Below, piece by piece: positions 19,039 to 25,114 of a DNA stretch of 32,000 nt. The notes beneath the pieces are model-generated. The model was given only the letters and a program-made list of their open reading frames with translations. It was not told the DNA's origin and made no database searches. Where the stretch lies: positions 12,575 through 44,574 of the forward strand of contig CAVHFU010000008.1 of assembly GCA_963635575.1 (NCBI GenBank), read 5' to 3'. Position 1 is the stretch's first letter. Each line of letters starts with the position of its first letter. The DNA is from a bacterium. Its GTDB lineage: Bacteria; Bacillota; Clostridia; TANB77; RGIG9151. A program made the position numbers and the translations under genes.

Positions 19039-19981
19039 ACTTACTCATTTCAGCAAGTCTCATTAATTCATCCCATCTAGCATCAACTTCAGCTTGAATT
19101 TCTTCAATCATCCATTCATTGCCAGGCTTGAAGATGTGCTTAAATCTCTTTTGAAGTTTTAAGAATTCTTCTACTGGAACTCTTTCCTTTGGAATATAGT
19201 TAATTGTATATTTACCATTTTCAACTTCATATACAGGCCAGAAACGTGTTTCAACAGCCAATTCATTAACTTTCATTAAGTCAGCTGAATTGTACTTCCA
19301 ACCAGTAGGACATGGAGCAAGGCAGTTTACGAAACAAGGACCTTTTGTGTAAATAGCTTTTTCAGCTTTAGTTGTGATATCGCTAAAGTTTTTGAAACAA
19401 GCTGTTTGTGCAACATATGGTAAGTGGTGGTTAGCCATAACCATTGTTAAGTCCTTTCTAAATTGTAGCTTACCAGGCTTTACAGAACCTGCAGGAGTTG
19501 TTGATGTATCCGCATACTTTGGAGTAGCTGAAGAACGTTGAACACCAGTGTTCATGTATGCTTCGTTATCGTAACAGAAGTATACCATGTCGTGTCCTCT
19601 TTCCATAGCTCCAGACATAGATTGGAAACCAATATCGTATGTTCCACCGTCTCCACCGAAAGCTAAGAATTTAACATCCTTATCGGTAGGAAGTTTTCCC
19701 TTTCTCTTTAATGCTTCATATGCTGCTTCAGCACCCGAACAAGTAGCACCTGAGTTTTCAAATGCACTGTGAATGAAAGAATCTTCCCATGCTGTGTATG
19801 GATAAATATAGGTACAAACTTCTAAGCAACCTGTTGCTGAAGTTATAACAGCATGGTCTTCCGGATGAAGTCCACGTAAAATTGCTCTTACAACTGGAGG
19901 AGCTCCACAACCGGCACACATTCTATGACCAGGAGCAAGACGCTCAGGTTTTTTTGCATATTCTTTAAGATTATATGCCAT
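19037..19981 (-). CDS. 2-oxoacid:ferredoxin oxidoreductase, beta (TPP-binding) subunit (POR/VOR type)
   Basis: 314 aa. CAGCG Cys cluster near the N-terminus and the GDG..YDIG TPP-binding motif (FGGDGGTYDIG). It is the last gene of the gamma-delta-alpha-beta operon. Confidence 0.9.
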   Translation of the reverse strand: MAYNLKEYAKKPERLAPGHRMCAGCGAPPVVRAILRGLHPEDHAVITSATGCLEVCTYIYPYTAWEDSFIHSAFENSGATCSGAEAAYEALKRKGKLPTDKDVKFLAFGGDGGTYDIGFQSMSGAMERGHDMVYFCYDNEAYMNTGVQRSSATPKYADTSTTPAGSVKPGKLQFRKDLTMVMANHHLPYVAQTACFKNFSDITTKAEKAIYTKGPCFVNCLAPCPTGWKYNSADLMKVNELAVETRFWPVYEVENGKYTINYIPKERVPVEEFLKLQKRFKHIFKPGNEWMIEEIQAEVDARWDELMRLAEMSK

Positions 19982-20002
19982 TTTTTATCATTCCTTTCAA
20001 AA

Positions 20003-21187
20003 TTATTCTCTAACGCCAAGATGATTATAAACTTCGCCGACATTTCCTGTCTTTACGATATCACTAAGTCTGTCATAAACAACTTCAATATCATCAGTCT
20101 TAACATCTCTACCGCCAAGACCGTAGATGAAGTTAATAACCTTAGGAGTTGTAACACCCTTAACAAACATAGCACTTACAACTTCTTCAAATAAAGGACC
20201 ACCGGCAGCATTTAAGCTATCAGCCTTATCCATAACAGCAATTGCCTTGCAATTCTTAAGAGCATCAGCAATTTCGTCTGTTGGGAATGGTCTAAATACT
20301 CTAGGTTTTACTAAACCAGCCTTAATTCCTTTAGCACGAAGTTCATTAACAACGAATTTAGCTGTACCAGCTGTAGAGTTTAATACAACGATAGCAATTT
20401 CAGCATCATCCATCATATATTTTTCAATTAATTCATATTTTCTGCCTGTCATTTTTTCAAATTCAGCAGCAACATCTAAAATAACCTTTTTAGCATTTTT
20501 CATAGCCATAGCTTGTTGCATTTTATGCTCATAGTGATGAGCTTGAAGGTCTAGAGGACCAACAGCAACAGGATGATTTGGGTCAAGCAAACTCCAAGGA
20601 GCTTTATATTCTCCAACGAAAGCTTTTACCTTATCATCTTCGATAAGTTCGATATTTTCAATAGCATGGCTTGTGATAAAACCATCTTGACAAACCATAA
20701 CAGGAAGACGAACATCTTTGTGTTCAGCAATTCTAACAGCCATAATAGCGTTATCATATGCTTCTTGGTTTGTTTCACTATATAATTGAATCCATCCTGA
20801 ATCTCTAGCACCCATAGAATCTGAATGATCATTATGAATGTTTAAAGGACCAGAAACAGTTCTGTTAACCAAATTTAATATAATTGGAAGTCTTGAACTT
20901 GCAGCTATATAAAGCATTTCCCACATAAGTGACATACCATTTGAAGAAGTGGCAGTCATAGCTCTAGCTCCGGCAGCAGAAGCACCAATACAAGCACTCA
21001 TCGCACTATGCTCACTTTCAACAGCAACGAACTCAGTATTTACTTGTCCGTTAGCAACGAAAGAAGAAAAGTATTGAGGTATTTCTGTAGAAGGAGTAAT
21101 AGGGAAAGCAGCAACAACGTCAGGATTAATTTGTTTCATAGCAGTAGCGACAGCTTCGTTACCACTTAGTCTTTCTCTTATTGACAT
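20003..21187 (-). CDS. 2-oxoacid:ferredoxin oxidoreductase, alpha subunit (POR/VOR type)
   Basis: Track ORF 20003..21256, with the start trimmed to ATG 21187 (MSIRERLSGNEAVA...) behind a GGGGG RBS. The N-terminus (GNEA.A......P.VVAAFPITPSTEI) is typical of PorA/VorA. Confidence 0.9.
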   Translation of the reverse strand: MSIRERLSGNEAVATAMKQINPDVVAAFPITPSTEIPQYFSSFVANGQVNTEFVAVESEHSAMSACIGASAAGARAMTATSSNGMSLMWEMLYIAASSRLPIILNLVNRTVSGPLNIHNDHSDSMGARDSGWIQLYSETNQEAYDNAIMAVRIAEHKDVRLPVMVCQDGFITSHAIENIELIEDDKVKAFVGEYKAPWSLLDPNHPVAVGPLDLQAHHYEHKMQQAMAMKNAKKVILDVAAEFEKMTGRKYELIEKYMMDDAEIAIVVLNSTAGTAKFVVNELRAKGIKAGLVKPRVFRPFPTDEIADALKNCKAIAVMDKADSLNAAGGPLFEEVVSAMFVKGVTTPKVINFIYGLGGRDVKTDDIEVVYDRLSDIVKTGNVGEVYNHLGVRE

Positions 21188-21200
21188 CTTTTTTACCCCC

Positions 21201-21506
21201 TTATTTATTTTCCGTAAAATCATAAGCACCAAAAGGACAAACCTTTGTGCAAACACCGCAACCTTTGCAGTGATCGTAATCTATACCAACCATTTTTCCT
21301 GTTTCTTTATCAACAGTAACAGAAGCATCAGGGCAAACAGGGTAACAAAGTAAACATTGTTTGCATTTTTCTTCGTGCCAAACAGGCATCATAGAACGCC
21401 AGTCACCAGTTTTGAATTGTTTTGAATTACCAGGTTGTGCAATAGTACCACCTTCAGTAATATCCTTGTAAGAAACATCATTTTTTACTATTTCATATTT
21501 ACTCAT
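21201..21506 (-). CDS. 2-oxoacid:ferredoxin oxidoreductase, delta subunit (2x[4Fe-4S] ferredoxin-like)
   Basis: 101 aa with two CxxCxxCxxxCP motifs (CKQCLLCYPVCP, CKGCGVCTKVCP). Confidence 0.9.
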   Translation of the reverse strand: MSKYEIVKNDVSYKDITEGGTIAQPGNSKQFKTGDWRSMMPVWHEEKCKQCLLCYPVCPDASVTVDKETGKMVGIDYDHCKGCGVCTKVCPFGAYDFTENK

Positions 21507-22081
21507 AGACCTTTAACCTCCTGCATAGAACGTTTTAACGCATTCATATTACCTTCGATAACTTCAGGCTTTTTAGCAAACTTATGTCTAAATGAACCTT
21601 CCATATCAGCTAAGAACGCATTTTCATCCATTATACCGCTTACTTTAATAACAGCAGCAAGCATAGGAGTATTAGGGAAGTAAGCACCTAAGCAGTCAAT
21701 AGAAATTGACCTAGCATCAATTGTGCAAATCTTACCTTTATATCCCCCAAGAGTTTCACGAACTTCTTCTGGAGATTTTGTTGTATTGACGATAATAGCA
21801 CCTGTCTCTTTAAGACCAGCTGTTACAGGAACAGACTTAATTAAAGAGTCGTCAACAACTACTACATAGTCAGGTTCATAGATATTGCTATGAACTGTGA
21901 TTCTCTCATCACAAATTCTGTTATAAGCAGTAATTGGTGCACCCATTCTTTCCGGACCGTATTCAGGGAAACCTTGAACATAAAGACCGGTATTAAATGC
22001 AGCATCAGCAAGTAGTAATGATGCGGTTTTAGCACCTTGACCACCACGACCATGCCAACGTATTTCAGTTAATTTTGCCAT
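21503..22081 (-). CDS. 2-oxoacid:ferredoxin oxidoreductase, gamma subunit
   Basis: Track ORF 21503..22123, with the start trimmed to ATG 22081 (MAKLTEIRWHGRGGQGAKTAS...) behind a TAAGGAGGAAG RBS. RGGQG is the gamma-subunit signature. There is a 4-nt overlap with the delta gene. Confidence 0.9.
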   Translation of the reverse strand: MAKLTEIRWHGRGGQGAKTASLLLADAAFNTGLYVQGFPEYGPERMGAPITAYNRICDERITVHSNIYEPDYVVVVDDSLIKSVPVTAGLKETGAIIVNTTKSPEEVRETLGGYKGKICTIDARSISIDCLGAYFPNTPMLAAVIKVSGIMDENAFLADMEGSFRHKFAKKPEVIEGNMNALKRSMQEVKGL

Positions 22082-22128
22082 AATGTCTTCCTCCTTACTA
22101 AACTTGTGGACCCACTCCACCACTAGGT

Positions 22129-22157
22129 AGTATATGACTTATAGAAGATGTTGTCAA
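22129..22157 (-). promoter_or_regulatory. Sigma-A promoter for the oxidoreductase operon (TTGACA-17 nt-TATACT, minus strand)
   Basis: On the minus strand, -35 TTGACA is at 22157..22152, followed by a 17-nt spacer and -10 TATACT at 22134..22129, about 45 nt upstream of the gamma-subunit ATG. Confidence 0.65.
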
Positions 22158-22178
22158 GGAACAGACCCAAAATAAAAT
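22151..22178 (+). promoter_or_regulatory. Candidate plus-strand promoter toward the pilin operon (TTGTCA-16 nt-TAAAAT)
   Basis: TTGTCA at 22151..22156, a 16-nt spacer, and TAAAAT at 22173..22178. Its -35 overlaps the minus-strand -35 back to back. It would give a leader of about 185 nt, and I found no stronger match closer to 22368. Confidence 0.3.
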
Positions 22179-22367
22179 CGCGGGATTTGTAAAAAAATAT
22201 ACAGAAAATCATAAAAAATACTAAACTTATTTTATATATATGCCGATTAATAAATATGAAAAGCAATTGTTATGTAAAACTTCGTGCTTTCATAGCACCA
22301 CAATTAAGATACATATATAACGTAGAAGATAACGAGATATATGTAAAAATCAAAGGAGGAGTTTTTT

Positions 22368-22562
22368 ATGAAGTTAAAAAAATTGGTAAAAAAAGGTGGA
22401 ATCGCTGATATTGTCACTTTGATGATTATTGTAGGTCTAGTTATCGCGTTAATTATCGCAGTTGTTCTTCCTATGGTAAGGACAGCACGTACTGCCGGTG
22501 GAAGTGCAGACGAAGGAATTAATGAAGCTAATAGCACTATTGATTTTATACGTAGTCACTAA
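22368..22562 (+). CDS. Pilin-like small protein 1 (class III signal peptide-like N-terminus, Flp-sized)
   Basis: 64 aa, with an AAAGGAGGAG RBS 7 nt upstream. Sequence MKLKKLVKKGG-IADIVTLMIIVGLVIALIIAVVLPMV-RTARTAGGSADEGINEANSTIDFIRSH: a basic leader, GG, an approximately 25-residue hydrophobic helix and a short polar tail. Confidence 0.8.
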   Translation: MKLKKLVKKGGIADIVTLMIIVGLVIALIIAVVLPMVRTARTAGGSADEGINEANSTIDFIRSH

Positions 22563-22597
22563 TAATGCGAGAGCCTAGTAATAAGCTTGTTATTAAA

Positions 22598-22636
22598 AAC
22601 CGGCATTAATGAAACTATTATTGCCGGTTTTATAAT
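22598..22636 (+). terminator. Terminator-like hairpin between pilin genes 1 and 2
   Basis: AAACCGGCA (22598..22606), approximately 15-nt AT loop, TGCCGGTTT (22622..22630), followed by TATAAT/A-rich sequence. The T-tract is short and partly within the stem, so termination is probably partial. Confidence 0.5.
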
Positions 22637-22674
22637 AAAAGTAAAAAAATTCTCGTTTGAGGGAGTAGATAGAT

Positions 22675-22848
22675 ATGAAAAGAAAACAAAAAGGCGGAAT
22701 AGAAGGAATTATAGCTACTATAATTATGGCGGGACTTGTTCTAGCTCTTATTATTGCAGTAATATTGCCTATGACTAGAGGAACTAAAGTTACTGGAGAC
22801 ACAGGAAAAAATAAAATAACCGAATTAAACAGCAGATTAGGTGGCTAA
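22675..22848 (+). CDS. Pilin-like small protein 2 (absent from the supplied ORF track; 57 aa)
   Basis: Hand translation from ATG 22675 (GAGGGAG RBS upstream) gives MKRKQKGGIEGIIATIIMAGLVLALIIAVILPMTRGTKVTGDTGKNKITELNSRLGG, with stop TAA at 22846..22848. It is a clear paralog of proteins 1 and 3. The track ORFs 22587..22778(+) and 22593..22802(-) are off-frame or antisense shadows of it. Confidence 0.8.
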   Translation: MKRKQKGGIEGIIATIIMAGLVLALIIAVILPMTRGTKVTGDTGKNKITELNSRLGG

Positions 22849-22879
22849 GGTGAGAAATTTATTTAAAGAGGTGATTACG

Positions 22880-23059
22880 GTGAATAGAAAATTAAAAGGT
22901 GGAATGGAAGGTATTATTGCAGCCATTATTTTAGCTGGACTTGTAGTAGCACTTCTTTTAAGTGTTGTTATGCCTATGTCTAATGAGGGAGATAAACTAA
23001 TAGACAAGACTACCAATAAGTTAGTAACCCAACAAGGAAATATGCGACCAACAAATTAA
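22880..23059 (+). CDS. Pilin-like small protein 3 (GTG start)
   Basis: Track ORF 22841..23059. The start is placed at GTG 22880, 6 nt after AGAGGTGA, giving (M)NRKLKGGMEGIIAAIILAGLVVALLLSVVMPMSNEGDKLIDKTTNKLVTQQGNMRPTN. Its leader length then equals that of paralog 2. Confidence 0.75.
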   Translation: MNRKLKGGMEGIIAAIILAGLVVALLLSVVMPMSNEGDKLIDKTTNKLVTQQGNMRPTN

Positions 23060-23094
23060 ACAAATTATACCTATAAAAAGGGAGTGTAGGGAAA

Positions 23095-23601
23095 ATGAGT
23101 GAAAAAGCTTTAAAATTAAAAAAAGGTGGTTTGGATACCATTATTGCATATATCGTGGTAATGCTACCTCTTTTGTATGTTCTTGTTTATATAATTGCTA
23201 CTATATATCATTTTTCCGTACAAATGTATATGAACCAAGTAGTAAAAGAAGCAACAGTTATGGCGAGTACTTATGGTGAGGTAACGACTGGTCATGCAGA
23301 TTACATAGAGGAAAAACTAAAAAATATACTAGATAAAGATGAACATGGAAATGTATGTAGAATCGAGTACTATGTAAGACCATTTGATGAGAATAGCGGA
23401 GTAGTCGGAGCCGTACTAGGACCATATGATACAATTCCTACTGTTAAAAAAGCTGACATAATAGGAATTTATGTTACATCAATAAAGCCGTCAATATTAG
23501 GAAATGTCTCTAGTTTTAGTTTATTTGGTGGTGGTTCAGATACAAATAATTTGTATTATACTTCTTATAGAGAGGAGATTATAAGAAATGAACACCCGTG
23601 A
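23095..23601 (+). CDS. TadE-like pseudopilin/minor pilin candidate
   Basis: 168 aa. MSEKALKLKKGG-LDTIIAYIVVMLPLLYVLVYIIATIYHF..MNQVVKEATVMAS has the same basic-GG-hydrophobic N-terminus as the three small proteins. It resembles the TadE-like N-terminal domain pattern (G-x-x-x-[ED]-x-x-x-x-x-P-hydrophobic ... polar-A-x-x-x-A). Confidence 0.65.
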   Translation: MSEKALKLKKGGLDTIIAYIVVMLPLLYVLVYIIATIYHFSVQMYMNQVVKEATVMASTYGEVTTGHADYIEEKLKNILDKDEHGNVCRIEYYVRPFDENSGVVGAVLGPYDTIPTVKKADIIGIYVTSIKPSILGNVSSFSLFGGGSDTNNLYYTSYREEIIRNEHP

Positions 23602-24571
23602 TATTATAAAAAATAATAAGGGCAGCGGGTTGGGAGTTATCTTATACGGAGTAACTTTGTTACTTATATTGATTTTCGTAGCAGTAAATATAGTTAATGC
23701 GAAAGTTATTGAAAATGGATATAATTCTTTAAGGGACGCCGTGCAATCCGCATCTACCGGTTCTGTTATTCATTTATTAACTAAGGAAAGTAGCACTAGC
23801 ACACAGGCTCAAAAAAATATTATTAGTGGAGATAAATATGACATATATCTTCAGTTGGCCTTAGGGTATATTATAAATAGAAATACTAACGCAATAAACA
23901 ATACTTATGCTCAGTCCGGTGAATTAAATAACTTCATAAAGTTAGACCACCAAAAAGTAGTAAATGAAACTATGGCGCTACTAGAAAATGCAATAATAAG
24001 GAGGAAAGAGGCTAGTACGATAAATGATACCAATAAATATAAAATAATGATGTTCTTTATAGAACCTTACTATGATGATAATACAAGCAAAAAATTTTTC
24101 CATATAGTGGCTTATGGAAATGGGGACTATGATCTTAATCGCGGAATCCAAGAAGAAATAGCGGAAGATATGGTTAGAAGTGATGACACAGATGACTTGA
24201 AGATTGTATATAAAAAAGTAGAAAGTTCTATAAATAATATAGTTAATTGTGGACATGACGGTATGGATGAAGCTGATAAAACATCTTATGGTATGAGTAC
24301 TAGTTTTGAAATAAATTTGAATGCTGATGGCTCTAATGATTATGATAAATTAATTAGAGAAATGGAAACATATCCTCATTACTTAATAGTAGTAAAGGAT
24401 TTTGCACTTCCAACTATATTCGATGGCGTAGAAACTAATAGCGGTAATCCTGGAATAAAGAGTGTATTTACTAGTTTATCCGGTGACGGTTCCTTATCTT
24501 CACCAATGTGTGCGCTAAATACAGGTAAAATTCAAAGACAGACGGAGGATAAAGGCTGGAGCCATAGATAA
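23588..24571 (+). CDS. TadG-like (TadE/G-like N-terminal domain) pilus-associated protein candidate
   Basis: 327 aa, overlapping the previous gene by 14 nt, with a GAGAGGAG RBS. The N-terminus NNKGSGLGVILYGVTLLLILIFVAVNIVNAKVIENGYNSLRDAVQSAS resembles the Tad 'TadE/G-like' motif (hydrophobic helix then L..A.D.A). I do not recognise the remainder. Confidence 0.55.
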   Translation: MNTRDIIKNNKGSGLGVILYGVTLLLILIFVAVNIVNAKVIENGYNSLRDAVQSASTGSVIHLLTKESSTSTQAQKNIISGDKYDIYLQLALGYIINRNTNAINNTYAQSGELNNFIKLDHQKVVNETMALLENAIIRRKEASTINDTNKYKIMMFFIEPYYDDNTSKKFFHIVAYGNGDYDLNRGIQEEIAEDMVRSDDTDDLKIVYKKVESSINNIVNCGHDGMDEADKTSYGMSTSFEINLNADGSNDYDKLIREMETYPHYLIVVKDFALPTIFDGVETNSGNPGIKSVFTSLSGDGSLSSPMCALNTGKIQRQTEDKGWSHR

Positions 24572-24573
24572 TT

Positions 24574-25086
24574 ATGAAAAAGGATTTAATATTTACATTT
24601 GTCTTATTTTTAATACAATGTATTTTAGTAACAGCAATAAAGGGTTTTACTTACCCTTTATTGTTGTTATTTTTAGTTTTTGGAATTTTTACTTATATTT
24701 CAATAATTGACTGGAGAACGGGTCTTATATCTGTAGAATTAAATATCGGTGTTTTTGTGTTATCTGCATTATATGCTTTTTTTAGTTCTATGTCGTTAAA
24801 AGTTATTGGGATTAATTTTTTATGTTTTGTTTTGCCATTTATATTAATAGAAGCATTTTTTCAACTAGTTATAAATAGAGGAAAAGATCCGGAAAAGTTT
24901 TTAGTTGGTGGGGGAGATATATTTCTTTTTGCTAGTATGTCGATGCTTCTTAGCACATTTGGCATGATGATTATGTTATTTTTTGCTTGCTTATTTAGTT
25001 TAATTGCATCTAAAATAATAAAAAAGAGTTTAATTCATTTTGCACCATTTATTCAAATTGGATTACTTATAGCATTATTTTTCTAA
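24574..25086 (+). CDS. A24 family prepilin peptidase (short TadV/CpaA/FlaK-like form, no methyltransferase domain)
   Basis: 170 aa and polytopic. The first catalytic Asp context is YISIIDWRTGLIS (about D46) and the second is LVGGGDIFLFASM (about D115), matching the two-aspartate A24 signature. It starts 2 nt after the previous stop. Confidence 0.8.
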   Translation: MKKDLIFTFVLFLIQCILVTAIKGFTYPLLLLFLVFGIFTYISIIDWRTGLISVELNIGVFVLSALYAFFSSMSLKVIGINFLCFVLPFILIEAFFQLVINRGKDPEKFLVGGGDIFLFASMSMLLSTFGMMIMLFFACLFSLIASKIIKKSLIHFAPFIQIGLLIALFF

Positions 25087-25114
25087 ATTAAAATAATTTT
25101 TAGGGGGAAATAAA

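Noticed and set aside
22304-22802. Track ORFs 22304..22537(-), 22587..22778(+) and 22593..22802(-) in the pilin region.
   Set aside because: They are antisense or off-frame readings of pilin genes 1 and 2. The real second pilin gene (22675..22848) is in a different frame and has an RBS and clear paralogy to its neighbours.
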